Assembly: GCA_963752255.1 (NCBI GenBank)
Contig: CAVVXT010000019.1
Span: forward strand, 224,001-288,000
DNA from: Nitrososphaeria archaeon
Lineage (GTDB): Archaea > Thermoproteota > Nitrososphaeria > JACIWG01
Reading direction: 5' to 3'
Length of the DNA stretch: 64,000 nucleotides
The notes under the pieces were generated by a model that was given only the letters and a program-made list of their open reading frames with translations, was not told the DNA's origin and made no database searches. A program made the position numbers and the translations under genes. Positions 39,763-49,627 of the stretch are shown in pieces (the stretch's first letter is position 1; every line of letters begins with the position of its first letter).

Positions 39763-40573
39763 AAGTGATGAAAATGACGTCTCAAGTTGCTGACGAATTT
39801 TTGTTTAACAATACCACTTTATGTAAACTTCATCAAACTGGTAAATGTTGCATTAGCCTTTCTGGTAAATAAAATATCGTTTGACAATACAGAGATAATC
39901 TTGGCTCATGCAAAAATCTGACGGCACAATTAACACAAACATTCCACTGATATGCTCAGACAAATCCCCCTGAGAATTATTTAGCATCACGTTGCTCTCA
40001 TACAGGACGCATTTAAATCGAGCCAACCAAAAGAACTTGCTAAAATTTTTGCCCATTTACTATCTGAGCCGACCAGTATTGGACCTAGTTGGCTAATTGG
40101 TTGCACATTAACCGTAACGGTAAATGCGTCCGATGGCATGAACCTGCTTTTATCAATTGGTGATTGTTGACCTAACTGGTCTGCGTTCCAACTGTCTTAT
40201 GGAACTTGGACATGTTTTAAGACGGAAAAAAAGTTATCATGACCGCAATGAATGGAACATCCCTCCCATTTTATCCATAAACAATACCATGTCACTTTTG
40301 GTCTACTAGAATACAAGACAAGAGACGTATACAGGATTCCGAGACATTTTTGCAAATAAATATCAACAGATGACCAATAATAGGTAAACGTAGCAAACAT
40401 TGATATGATTAACTATGACACAGCCTTTATGAATTCATCGACAGAATTGAAGAAGAAATATAGAAAGCCCAAATAAAATCATAAGAGAAGCTCCGGATAA
40501 GGTTGCTAAAACGATCATGATAACGGCCTCTGGACCTGAAAGCGAATAAAAAGGGTAACTTTATTTTATATCC

Positions 40574-40592
40574 GGCAGACCATTGGTCTGCC
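40574..40592. promoter_or_regulatory. Perfect 9-1-9 inverted repeat
   Basis: GGCAGACCA-T-TGGTCTGCC, about 18 nt downstream of a minus-strand TTTTATA. Confidence 0.45.
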
Positions 40593-40849
40593 AACTTACT
40601 TCATTTTCACTATAAAAGCATATTTAACAATTAAGACAATGTGGTTTTATAGTAAACGTTCCACGTTTCCGGCGTTCGGGCCGGACACCGGTTTATATGA
40701 ATCGCAAAAAAACAAAGCCACGCTTTCATTATCAGACGTCCTCTTCGGTACATCCGGTACGTTAGCGATAAAATTGCTTCCTCTCAAAGATAAACCATTT
40801 TAGAATAGCACGGCGTTCAGCGTTATAAGCCTTTTGGGATTTGGATAGA

Positions 40850-41872
40850 TCATCTTTCTTTGAGATTGGGGTTTGAAGTAGGTTCTACCTGATGCTTCCA
40901 CATCTTTGGATAGGTCTCCTGACTCATTATCACCCGTTCAGTCTTTACGGCAATCCCCTTTGTGCTTTCTTCTATTTCATCGGAATTCATTACAGCTTTG
41001 CCTAAAGCGACAAGCTCACCTTTCAAACTTAACATGACGATTGGATCACCTTTAGCAATGTTAATTGAGAACTTGGTCAGACCTGGAACAGCAAGCTGAG
41101 CGCCATGGCAAACTGCGTCGATTGCGGAATCCCTTACAACCACCTTCTTAAAAGGTTGGAGGACACCCTCAATCGGTCTAATAAGGGTGCGGAGATCGTG
41201 TTCGTCGTTTTTCTCTTTCCATCTGTGAACTGCTTCAGCAAACTCGTGCAACCTGACCAGTCCTTGATCTTCACTTAAGTGGTAGACCTTTGTTCTCCTC
41301 AGCTCGACCATGGTGGCTCCTACAGCCAGAACCTCGCCGATGTCGTACACAAGCTTCCTTATGTAGGTACCTGCTTCACAGTTGATTCTAATAACCATCA
41401 AGCGACCAACCTTCTCAATAACATCCATCTTGTAAATCGTCCTAGGTCTTATCACCCTCTTTACACTTGACTTTTGAGGGGGCCTCTGATAAATGGGGCC
41501 TGTAAATTCTTCCAAAACACTGTCAAGTTTAGCTTGAGGTACATCATTATGTAATCTAACAACGGACACATATTCTTTTGGACCTAACAGAAAAAGACCT
41601 AGAGCCTTTGTAGCGTTCCCTAGTGCGATTGGTAAAAGGCCTGAAACGCCGGGGTCAAGTGTTCCGCTGTGTCCAGCCTTCTCTTTGTTAAGCATCTTCC
41701 TGACCCAGGCTACAACTTCATGACTTGATGGGCCACGAGGCTTATCCAGTGGGATAAAACCATAATCAAGGTAAACCCCAATAGGCCTCTTGTCCGGATA
41801 AAAGCCATAACTCTCGTTCGTTTTATCCTCCGATAGAACGACCATCGATTCCTCTTCTATCCCAGCGGGCAT
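40850..41872 (-). CDS. cbf5: RNA-guided pseudouridine synthase Cbf5
   Basis: DKPRGPSSHEV, GHSGTLDP, QRPP, AGTYIRKL, PUA domain, YPKMW. Confidence 0.97.
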   Translation of the reverse strand: MPAGIEEESMVVLSEDKTNESYGFYPDKRPIGVYLDYGFIPLDKPRGPSSHEVVAWVRKMLNKEKAGHSGTLDPGVSGLLPIALGNATKALGLFLLGPKEYVSVVRLHNDVPQAKLDSVLEEFTGPIYQRPPQKSSVKRVIRPRTIYKMDVIEKVGRLMVIRINCEAGTYIRKLVYDIGEVLAVGATMVELRRTKVYHLSEDQGLVRLHEFAEAVHRWKEKNDEHDLRTLIRPIEGVLQPFKKVVVRDSAIDAVCHGAQLAVPGLTKFSINIAKGDPIVMLSLKGELVALGKAVMNSDEIEESTKGIAVKTERVIMSQETYPKMWKHQVEPTSNPNLKER

Positions 41873-41873
41873 C

Positions 41874-42434
41874 TTATTGTCCCAGATTGCTTAACCTTAT
41901 TTGAATATAGTATTTAAGTATCGAAAAAACTTCGTCTTCATTCAAACCCTGAATCGATAGAACGAGGTCGCACACGTTCTTAACATCGTCCAAAGTTATG
42001 TTATAATATCTTTTAAAACGATTCATCTCACTCGATTCTCTCCCAAGTGTCTCATTATAGGCTTCTTGGTAAGGTCTCCCATCCCTTTTTGCTATCCTTT
42101 CAATCCTAACGTTATCCGGCATAGTGAGGAATATTTTGATATTCGCTATACCTTCAAGAAACCACGTACCCAACATGGAATCTACTACAACGTTACCCTT
42201 CTTACTTTCCTCCACCATGGCACCGTCGATTGAACGGTCAATTTTATCAGAATTTTCCGCCATCTTCGACAAAGATAAAAGCGAGAGATTTTTTGATCCG
42301 GCAAGCCTTCTGAAGATCATGCCGCCTGACACATGTCTTAGGCCAAAGAATTCGGCCATCTTTTTTGCTTGAGTAGTTTTTCCTACACCGTGAAGACCGC
42401 TTACCGCAATAACAATGTTACGCGGGTTAGTCAA
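41874..42434 (-). CDS. cmk: Cytidylate kinase, archaeal type
   Basis: SGLHGVGKTT, GGMIFR, RIAKRD, RFKRYY; conserved position before cbf5. Confidence 0.88.
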   Translation of the reverse strand: MTNPRNIVIAVSGLHGVGKTTQAKKMAEFFGLRHVSGGMIFRRLAGSKNLSLLSLSKMAENSDKIDRSIDGAMVEESKKGNVVVDSMLGTWFLEGIANIKIFLTMPDNVRIERIAKRDGRPYQEAYNETLGRESSEMNRFKRYYNITLDDVKNVCDLVLSIQGLNEDEVFSILKYYIQIRLSNLGQ

Positions 42435-42918
42435 GGCTTGTCCCAGCCAGCTTAGTAATCAAACTCGAGAAGGAGAAAGACGTTATTAGATACCACCAAA
42501 AGAGTTGGACGCCGCCGGCGGCAGTCACTATGAAAGGTATTTGTATCGGTGACTGTGCAACGACAGATGTAGCTCCGATCAGACTAGCTATAAAGTAGTA
42601 AATTAACATGAATGGGATTATAAAAAGGAAGGATGCCTTCAGACGCTGATTGGAGGATTTCATCTCCATTTCTCTAACACTTTTCTCCTTCTTTTTTAGC
42701 TTCGCCTCTTTTGCCTTGTCGCCTTTCTTTATCGCATCCATCAGTTCGCTTCTAAACTGCTTGGCTTCGCGGGCAACGCGCCTAGTTTCATCGACATTAG
42801 TGAGAAGACGCGTAGCGACCTGTGAAATTAGGTTTAGTCCAACGGACGTAGCAACAAGAAGTATAGTTGAATTGGGGATCTGGTTCCATACGATCTGAAA
42901 TACTAACTGCTCTAACAT
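42427..42918 (-). CDS. EMC3/TMCO1 (DUF106, Oxa1 superfamily) membrane protein
   Basis: TM, coiled coil, two TMs, WWYLITS motif; downstream of secY. Confidence 0.88.
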   Translation of the reverse strand: MLEQLVFQIVWNQIPNSTILLVATSVGLNLISQVATRLLTNVDETRRVAREAKQFRSELMDAIKKGDKAKEAKLKKKEKSVREMEMKSSNQRLKASFLFIIPFMLIYYFIASLIGATSVVAQSPIQIPFIVTAAGGVQLFWWYLITSFSFSSLITKLAGTSLD

Positions 42919-43011
42919 TTCACAAAACTCTCTTTATACTTCTTAAGGTTTACATCCTGTGAAAAATTATATATACTTTGTGTATGCATATATTTTATTA
43001 ACCTTAAAATA

Positions 43012-44439
43012 TCAGCTTCTACCAAGTAAACCACTTAATCTCGGCATAAGCTCTTCCATCTGCTCCTGCACCAGCGTCTGATAGTATTGGATACCTATAT
43101 CGACCATGAGAAGGATACCGATACCCGATCCAAGAACCGAGAACAGGTCGGAGAAACCGGCTAGAAGGCCTATAAAAAGGCCCCCTAATATTGTCAGCGT
43201 TGGAATATACTTGGCCAATATCTGGCTAATACTTACTTCAGATCTTCTGAAACCGGGAACCTGAACCCCCGCGTCAACGAGGTTTTTAGCGACCTTTTCA
43301 GGTGAGAGGCCACCAATTTCAACCCATATCTTTGCAAAAACAACGCAGAAGGCGATAATGAGTATTATAAAGAATAGACATTGAACTGGATCTTTCGTAA
43401 GCGAAGCAATACCTTTGGGCGCTGTTAGGTAGTAGGCTAACCCGCCTGTTGGCGTATTTGACGTGCTGTTATATTTTCCCAAAAGGTTGAGTAAAGAGTT
43501 ATTGTTCTGCGGATTAAACCTTAACCAAATGAACTGGAACAAGAAGTTTGCGTCGGTTAAAAGGGCGGATGTCAGTATTATTGGAATGTTAGACACGTAA
43601 AGGAATTTAATTGGATAGACACCACCGAATCCTCTGTATTTCGCAGAAGTGATAGGTATCTCAATCCTCAACCCTTCCACGTAGACGACGATAAGTATTA
43701 TAAGTATGGTGACGAGGACGGTCAGAATAGATGGATATCCTGAGCTCCTATAAAAGAGTCGGGCGAAGCTCGATGTTGAAGCCTTCGTAACCAAGAATGG
43801 AATAAGACCGTAGGCTGAGGTAACATTTTGTCCATTTACTACTTCCGTTACCGGAAGCGGACTCAATATTCCCCATATGATCTGTACCGCTGCACCGGCG
43901 AAAATGAAGAGACTTATACCACTACCTACACCCCAACCTTTCTGAACCATTTCATCCAACAACATGACGATAATGGTCGCAATGAAAAGCTGAAACATTA
44001 TGATGATGATTGTCTGAGGTGCAATCGATGTGCCAAAGACACCACCTAGTATGTACGCAAAAACCTCCATCAAAGCCACCAGAATCGTCGCGAATTTTGT
44101 AGAAGCCGTAAAGGTAGATCTATCTTCACTCTTGGTGAGATCCAGTTTAATTATATCCGCACCCTGAAGAAGCTGAACGATCAAACCCGCTGTAACTATT
44201 GGACCTATTCCAAGCTCCATCAAAGTGCCTTGAGCGGAAGCAAAGATTATTCTAGAATACGTCAGAATATCATTCCCTTGACTAACACCGTACAATGGTG
44301 TCTCAACCATAATGAAGTATATGACAAGTACGGCTGCTGTCCACAAAAGACGTTCATTGAGAGAAAGCTTTTTTATAGGCTTAGGAATTTCTGGTATTAT
44401 CGTAGAGAAGCTTGTGATGAAGTTGGAGAAAGCCCCCAA
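43012..44439 (-). CDS. secY: Preprotein translocase SecY
   Basis: GTLMELGIGPIVTAG, KGWGVGSGISLFI, YPIKFLYVSNIP, VPGFR, GSGIGILL. Confidence 0.97.
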   Translation of the reverse strand: MGAFSNFITSFSTIIPEIPKPIKKLSLNERLLWTAAVLVIYFIMVETPLYGVSQGNDILTYSRIIFASAQGTLMELGIGPIVTAGLIVQLLQGADIIKLDLTKSEDRSTFTASTKFATILVALMEVFAYILGGVFGTSIAPQTIIIIMFQLFIATIIVMLLDEMVQKGWGVGSGISLFIFAGAAVQIIWGILSPLPVTEVVNGQNVTSAYGLIPFLVTKASTSSFARLFYRSSGYPSILTVLVTILIILIVVYVEGLRIEIPITSAKYRGFGGVYPIKFLYVSNIPIILTSALLTDANFLFQFIWLRFNPQNNNSLLNLLGKYNSTSNTPTGGLAYYLTAPKGIASLTKDPVQCLFFIILIIAFCVVFAKIWVEIGGLSPEKVAKNLVDAGVQVPGFRRSEVSISQILAKYIPTLTILGGLFIGLLAGFSDLFSVLGSGIGILLMVDIGIQYYQTLVQEQMEELMPRLSGLLGRS

Positions 44440-44441
44440 GA

Positions 44442-44879
44442 TCAGTTCGACCCTTTAATCAGTCCACCTGTACTAACTATCTTTTCTTTTGCGCTTTCAG
44501 TAAACCTATCAACAACGACCAAATAAACGCCCCTAAGGGAACCTCCGCCTAGAAGCTTGTCGATGTCTAGGGCCGAAAGATCTAGTACGAGTTTACCCTC
44601 TGAGTTTTCAACTTTACCTTGGCTTGACAGCTTCTGGTAAAGCTTGTCCAGTGAGCCAACGTTAATCCAGAACCTTGGCTTCGAGCTTTGTGGAGGATGC
44701 ATGTCATCCTTTCCGAAATGATTTGGATCGTACTTCACTGTCCAGCTCCACCTATGTTTGTGGAGCCCTGCATTTCCTACGCCACCCCTCTGTCCTGAAG
44801 CTCTGTGTTGGCCTACCTGGCCCCAGCCGTGCGTTCTGGAACCACGGAGCTTCCTAACTTTTCTAAACCTTGTGGGCAT
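44442..44879 (-). CDS. rpl15: 50S ribosomal protein uL15
   Basis: RGSRTHGWG, GGVGNAG, HFGK, KLLGGG. Confidence 0.96.
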   Translation of the reverse strand: MPTRFRKVRKLRGSRTHGWGQVGQHRASGQRGGVGNAGLHKHRWSWTVKYDPNHFGKDDMHPPQSSKPRFWINVGSLDKLYQKLSSQGKVENSEGKLVLDLSALDIDKLLGGGSLRGVYLVVVDRFTESAKEKIVSTGGLIKGSN

Positions 44880-44898
44880 CTGATTATCACCTTTAGCT

Positions 44899-45390
44899 TT
44901 ATTTCTTATTCAATTTGATCTCCAAGATTCCGTTGTTATACGCCATTTGGATGGCTTTCGTGTCTGCTGTTGCGGGAACCGCTATAATCTTTTCATACTT
45001 TATATCCTTAGTATTGACAGATAAGCGAATCTCGCTCCCCTTGACACCTAGGTGAATGTCCTCCTTCTTGACACCGGGCACTTCTGCTATAATAACTACC
45101 TCCTTACCTCTGTCCATAACTTCGACTAAGGGCTCTCTGACCTCGGAGATTACTCTGCCCCGCCGTGTTCTGCGGACATTCCCAAATTCTCTTACCTCCG
45201 GTTTACCGTCAGGACCCACTGTGACAGAAAAACCGTATATGTAGGGCATCTGCTTCCTGTTACCTCCCTGCTCAGGTTCAACGTCAGCCGTATCAAAATG
45301 CTTAAACATTTCATCAACTAGCTCATCAAATTTATCGTCAAATTCATCAAATACGTCAAACCACTTCTTCCTTCTTTTATCCCAGCTCAA
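44899..45390 (-). CDS. Archaeal Hsp20 inserted in the spc operon
   Basis: PYIYGFSVTVGPDGKPEVREFGN, REPLVEV, AEVPGV, YNNGILEI; GGAGGT SD. Confidence 0.94.
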   Translation of the reverse strand: MSWDKRRKKWFDVFDEFDDKFDELVDEMFKHFDTADVEPEQGGNRKQMPYIYGFSVTVGPDGKPEVREFGNVRRTRRGRVISEVREPLVEVMDRGKEVVIIAEVPGVKKEDIHLGVKGSEIRLSVNTKDIKYEKIIAVPATADTKAIQMAYNNGILEIKLNKK

Positions 45391-45463
45391 ATTTCTTTAC
45401 CTCCAAACACCTGCACCATCATGCTATTATTATTATATTTTTCAGAAGCCCTTATTAACCTAA

Positions 45464-45937
45464 CTAAACCATTCTAGAAACCAAGGACAGTATTTCTTCA
45501 TTTTTGGCTAATACGCCACCAACCTTGTACGGCTTCTTTGTTGACCTCTTGAATCCTCCCCTAGGTGGGGCTAGATTAAAGTAATGCTTGACCGTATTAA
45601 GTTTATTTAATTGAACAGATCCCTCAACAATCCCGTTAACCATTTCGTCGAGGTTCTTGAAGCCTTCTGTCTTTGCGGTGGAATCGTCAACCGATTTACC
45701 GTAAATCGTTCTCCCTCTTTTTGTGATAAGCGTTTTTGCTGTGCTGAAGTTCAATTCTCCCCACGACAGATGGTCTTTTGCGAGATTTAGCATACCTAGA
45801 TAGTAATCGTTTTTTGGAACAATCGTAGCACTATACCTTCTACGGAGCTTCAATAGTTCAAATGTCTTTCTAACATCATAACGGATATTTACGGTTCCAC
45901 TGATTCTAATTACAATTAGCTGCGGCATCTTGGTCAA
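45464..45937 (-). CDS. rpl30: 50S ribosomal protein uL30
   Basis: VIRISG, TFELLKL, GML, WGE, LAPPRGGF; ATG 45928 is an alternative start. Confidence 0.94.
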   Translation of the reverse strand: MTKMPQLIVIRISGTVNIRYDVRKTFELLKLRRRYSATIVPKNDYYLGMLNLAKDHLSWGELNFSTAKTLITKRGRTIYGKSVDDSTAKTEGFKNLDEMVNGIVEGSVQLNKLNTVKHYFNLAPPRGGFKRSTKKPYKVGGVLAKNEEILSLVSRMV

Positions 45938-46611
45938 TCCCTGATATGTGAAAGAAGATGAAGACTCCTTAGTGCGTCATAGATGGCATATGCGACAGAA
46001 GGATAGGTGTTAGTGGCACCGTAGGTTCTTGTCCAAGCATCCTTTAAACCTGCAAGTGACAAAAGTTTTTTGACGTTCTCACCAGCTACCAGACCTAAGC
46101 CTCTCGGGCCTGGAATAATGTCAACGCGGACGCTTCCACATTTGCCGATGACCTTGAAAGGAATAGAATGCTGCTGATTGCATTTGCACTCCCAACTGCC
46201 GCATCCGAGCTCAACAGGCACAATGTTCATGAGAGAATCGGTTGTTGCTTTGTCGATTGCTATACGCATCGTCTTAGCCTTACCGGAACCTACACCGAAC
46301 CACCCGTTACCGTTGCCCACGGCTAGTATAACCCTGAATTTGGTGACCTCCCCAGCATCGGTCTGCTTTTGAACGACTGTAACGCCGATTACCTCTGTGG
46401 TTACGTCGCTAAGTAAAGTCCTAACTATTTCAGGCTCCTTTATCTTGTAACCTAATTCAAAGGTTTCGCGAAGGTCGGTTATCTTGCCTTCCGCAACAAG
46501 CTTGCCGAGTTTGGTCTTAGGAACCCATGACTTTAGAGCTTCTCTGGCGATTTCTTGATCACTCATTCTGCCTCCACTCATTCTGCCTCTACTCATTCTG
46601 CCTCTCATCAT
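45934..46611 (-). CDS. rps5: 30S ribosomal protein uS5
   Basis: WVPKTKLG, QKQTDAG, GCGSWEC, PGPRGLGLVAG. Confidence 0.97.
   Translation of the reverse strand: MMRGRMSRGRMSGGRMSDQEIAREALKSWVPKTKLGKLVAEGKITDLRETFELGYKIKEPEIVRTLLSDVTTEVIGVTVVQKQTDAGEVTKFRVILAVGNGNGWFGVGSGKAKTMRIAIDKATTDSLMNIVPVELGCGSWECKCNQQHSIPFKVIGKCGSVRVDIIPGPRGLGLVAGENVKKLLSLAGLKDAWTRTYGATNTYPSVAYAIYDALRSLHLLSHIRD
46561..46605. repeat. Three 15-bp tandem units in the uS5 5' end
   Basis: ACTCATTCTGCCTCC ACTCATTCTGCCTCT ACTCATTCTGCCTCT, encoding (R/G)GRMS three times. Confidence 0.9.
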
Positions 46612-47204
46612 TCTAGGACACCTTTTTTCTCAACTATCATCTTCTTAACTTTCTCAAATGTATCAGACAGTTCATCCATATTCAGTCCCTCCCGGATGTA
46701 ATTCGAGAACCTTTTGTTATAGAGGTCAGAGTCGGAAGACTTCAAGTTTTTAGCGTATTCCATTATATGTTCTCCCTTTATCTTGTGATCGTCTGGGAAA
46801 GTTTTTGCGTTAGCCTCAATCTTCAAGCCACTGTCGACAATTCCCTTGATCGCGGCAGCTGCTCTAGATCCCGCAATATAGGGTTCAACACCCATGTACA
46901 CGATCACCCTTGAATCAACCTTGCTCCCTGTCCTATATCCTAATATTAATCCACAAAGGTAACTTGCTGGGATACTCTTATGGGAAAAAGGCCAGCCGAA
47001 CTTCTGAAGCTGCCTAGAATGTACGGATTCGATAACGCTGTCGCCGGTTGTGCTAGCCTTGATCACCTGCAGGAGAATGTTCTTGTTCGAAACTCTTATA
47101 GTTACGAAGGGAAGGTGACTGACGACAATCTTTTTCCTAAGTTGATAGTCCGTCTTTCCTTCTCTTCTCCTCCTAAATATTTCAATGTATCTTACCTTCT
47201 TCAA
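46608..47204 (-). CDS. rpl18: 50S ribosomal protein uL18
   Basis: RRRREGKTDY, PASYLCG, IKGEHI. Confidence 0.95.
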   Translation of the reverse strand: MKKVRYIEIFRRRREGKTDYQLRKKIVVSHLPFVTIRVSNKNILLQVIKASTTGDSVIESVHSRQLQKFGWPFSHKSIPASYLCGLILGYRTGSKVDSRVIVYMGVEPYIAGSRAAAAIKGIVDSGLKIEANAKTFPDDHKIKGEHIMEYAKNLKSSDSDLYNKRFSNYIREGLNMDELSDTFEKVKKMIVEKKGVLE

Positions 47205-47206
47205 TT

Positions 47207-47632
47207 CTATACACCCTTTCTACCCATTCCTCTTGCGATTTCATCAAGCCTTTTGACAGTCCTTATCTGGCCACCTTTTATCCATAGATAAAGCTTCTTG
47301 TAATTTTCCTTACTTATTACCCCCTGTTTCAGCAAGTACCTAAGATGAATTCTAACGGCACGCACCTTTTTGACCCAGACCTGTTTCTTTCCCTGTCTAG
47401 CGCCCTTTGCACCCTTCCTTGATCCTGCACCTCTCTTACCCTTCTTAACACGGGAGCGTGACGTCCCTCTTCTTTGCTTAACAATTACTGCCTTCGAATC
47501 GATCAGCGATCGGATCTCCGCTCTTGTAATAGCATCCTGTATACGGTCTCTGGCTTCGGGCATCAGCTTTATTCTTGAAGCTCCTACGCCCAAAGTTCTC
47601 GCAATAAGTTCCTTTTTACTTTTGAGATTCAA
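47207..47632 (-). CDS. rpl19e: 50S ribosomal protein eL19
   Basis: LGVGASRI, DAITRAEIR, GSRKGAKGAR, W..KVRA. Confidence 0.95.
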   Translation of the reverse strand: MNLKSKKELIARTLGVGASRIKLMPEARDRIQDAITRAEIRSLIDSKAVIVKQRRGTSRSRVKKGKRGAGSRKGAKGARQGKKQVWVKKVRAVRIHLRYLLKQGVISKENYKKLYLWIKGGQIRTVKRLDEIARGMGRKGV

Positions 47633-48011
47633 CCTTCTTCAACCTCCTCGGGTTAAGTATGTGTATACCAAGTTCCTTAGCCTTCCTGACTATTTCAATC
47701 CTTTTCTTCCTACCTACTGTAGCAGCTATCCTTGCTGCTTCAAGCTTTGGATTAAGCCTTGACAGCTCTTCGACATTATGTATCAGAATATCCTTATAGC
47801 CGGACGGATGCAGCCCTCTAAGCTCTTTAGGAGAACCATAGCCTACCTTGACCCTCGCGGGCCAACCACTAAACTCCTTTCGAACCTTATTGTCTAAGCC
47901 CTTAGGCTTCCGCCAGTTAGGCTTTAACCTAACATATCTCCAAGATTCTGGTCTCAGAAATCTAGGCTTCTTTCTAACGTGAACCTTCTTTCCAACTTCA
48001 ACTTCGCTCAT
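47616..48011 (-). CDS. rpl32e: 50S ribosomal protein eL32
   Basis: WRKPKGLDNKVR, GYGSP, RGLHPSG. Confidence 0.96.
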   Translation of the reverse strand: MSEVEVGKKVHVRKKPRFLRPESWRYVRLKPNWRKPKGLDNKVRKEFSGWPARVKVGYGSPKELRGLHPSGYKDILIHNVEELSRLNPKLEAARIAATVGRKKRIEIVRKAKELGIHILNPRRLKKVESQK

Positions 48012-48528
48012 AGATATATACACCATCCAAAAAAACTCTTTGATCTTTCCTTTTAACAGTCGTTGCAGCTTCGATGTTCGCAGCAGTCTGACCTACATCA
48101 TCTTTCGAAAGTCCCTGAACCACGACGTCGTCGCCTTCAACAGAAACCTTACATGAGCCAACAATTTTAGCGATTCTTGGGGCTTTTTCCCCATAGAAAT
48201 TTTCTATCAGAACATCACTCCCCTTAACCTTCACGGAGATAGGAAAGTGCGCTGATACAATTTTGAGACGATACTTATATCCTCCTGTCACTCCATTGAA
48301 CATGTTCCTTATATGGGAGGAGGCAGTTCCAAGCACTGCAAGATCGCTTCTCTTATCACTATAGGACTTTATTTTGATCTCCCTATCAGACATTCCAATA
48401 TAGACCCTTACCTTTGAAAAGTCTTTCTTGATCGAACCTAGAGGACCACTTACCGTAAGTATGTTTCCTTCTAGGATAGCGGAAATCTTCTCGGGAATTG
48501 GTATTGAAACTTCGGACAAAACAGACAC
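47998..48528 (-). CDS. rpl6: 50S ribosomal protein uL6
   Basis: GPLG, AHFP, NFYGE, GQTAANIE, DQRVFLDGVY. Confidence 0.96.
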   Translation of the reverse strand: MSVLSEVSIPIPEKISAILEGNILTVSGPLGSIKKDFSKVRVYIGMSDREIKIKSYSDKRSDLAVLGTASSHIRNMFNGVTGGYKYRLKIVSAHFPISVKVKGSDVLIENFYGEKAPRIAKIVGSCKVSVEGDDVVVQGLSKDDVGQTAANIEAATTVKRKDQRVFLDGVYIYERS

Positions 48529-48531
48529 CCT

Positions 48532-48924
48532 CTAGTAAATGTACCCCAGAAGTTTTCCTCCTAAACCCTGTTTTCTAGCTTCTATCTGAGATGTTACGCC
48601 CTGAGGTGTGGTAACGATTAGCATTCCATAGTTGAACGATGGAAGATACTTTCTTTCCCAGACATCGTATTCGGTTTTTTGAATACTGTACCTAGGGGTG
48701 ATAGGACCGCACTTTACGATCTTACCCAGTAGCTGCACTCTGAACTTTCCTCCACGCCCGTCGTCTATGTGCTCGAATTCTCCGATGTACCCGTACTTTT
48801 GAAGAATTCGAAGGACTTCCCTTGCAAGGTTAGATGTTGGTGAGATAATGCATTCCTTCTTCCTTCTAAGTTCGTTGTTGTATATTGTGCTAAAAAGGTT
48901 TGGAATTATATTCTTGGCAGGCAT
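48532..48924 (-). CDS. rps8: 30S ribosomal protein uS8
   Basis: GYIGEFEHIDDGRGG, CGPITPR, TPQG, GGKLLGY. Confidence 0.96.
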   Translation of the reverse strand: MPAKNIIPNLFSTIYNNELRRKKECIISPTSNLAREVLRILQKYGYIGEFEHIDDGRGGKFRVQLLGKIVKCGPITPRYSIQKTEYDVWERKYLPSFNYGMLIVTTPQGVTSQIEARKQGLGGKLLGYIY

Positions 48925-48933
48925 CTTTTTCAC

Positions 48934-49098
48934 CTATTCGTATTTTCTAAAGCCGAGTTTTTCAGCTATTTCACTGAAACATTGTCTGCAATAGTTTAAG
49001 TCATACATCTGTATGATAGGACCATAAGCGCCACATCTCCTACATATTCTTGAACCCTTTCCAAACTTTCTTGGCTTACCATGACGTACCTTCACCAA
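48934..49098 (-). CDS. rps14: 30S ribosomal protein uS14 (zinc type)
   Basis: [23 protein letters not shown]. Confidence 0.94.
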   Translation of the reverse strand: MVKVRHGKPRKFGKGSRICRRCGAYGPIIQMYDLNYCRQCFSEIAEKLGFRKYE

Positions 49099-49099
49099 A

Positions 49100-49624
49100 T
49101 CAAGCCACCTCAACATTAAAAGTATCCGTCATAAACTTAATCATTTCATCTCTAGTCACCTTATGTTTTTTGCCAATCTTCGAAGGACACAGCCTGCGTC
49201 TGGCAACCCTATAGCCAGGTCGCTCAAGCTTAACGTTAACGTCAAGCCCGAAAATACCGGTTTCAGGGTCATACTTTATACCTGGAATCTCGAGGTGTTC
49301 CTTGATTCCAAAAGAAACGTTTCCCTCATCGTCAAAAGAAGAAGATGGAAGTTTGAGAGCTCTGACTATTAGAAGTCTTTTTAAAAGTTGCACAGCCCCA
49401 TCGCGCATAACGGTCACCTTTACACCGATTGGCTCCCCTTTACGAACACCCCAGTCTCTGACACTTTTCCTAGCCTTTGTCTGAATAGGCTCTCTTCCCG
49501 TGATTTGCCTTAAAACTTCCTGCGCTTTTTCAACGATTTCTCCAGACTTCCCGACACCGATATTCAGCACAACCTTTTGAACGCGGATCTTTCGCATAGG
49601 ATTATCTGGCTTCTGAGCGCTCAC
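49100..49624 (-). CDS. rpl5: 50S ribosomal protein uL5
   Basis: [30 protein letters not shown]. Confidence 0.97.
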   Translation of the reverse strand: MSAQKPDNPMRKIRVQKVVLNIGVGKSGEIVEKAQEVLRQITGREPIQTKARKSVRDWGVRKGEPIGVKVTVMRDGAVQLLKRLLIVRALKLPSSSFDDEGNVSFGIKEHLEIPGIKYDPETGIFGLDVNVKLERPGYRVARRRLCPSKIGKKHKVTRDEMIKFMTDTFNVEVA

Positions 49625-49627
49625 TTA

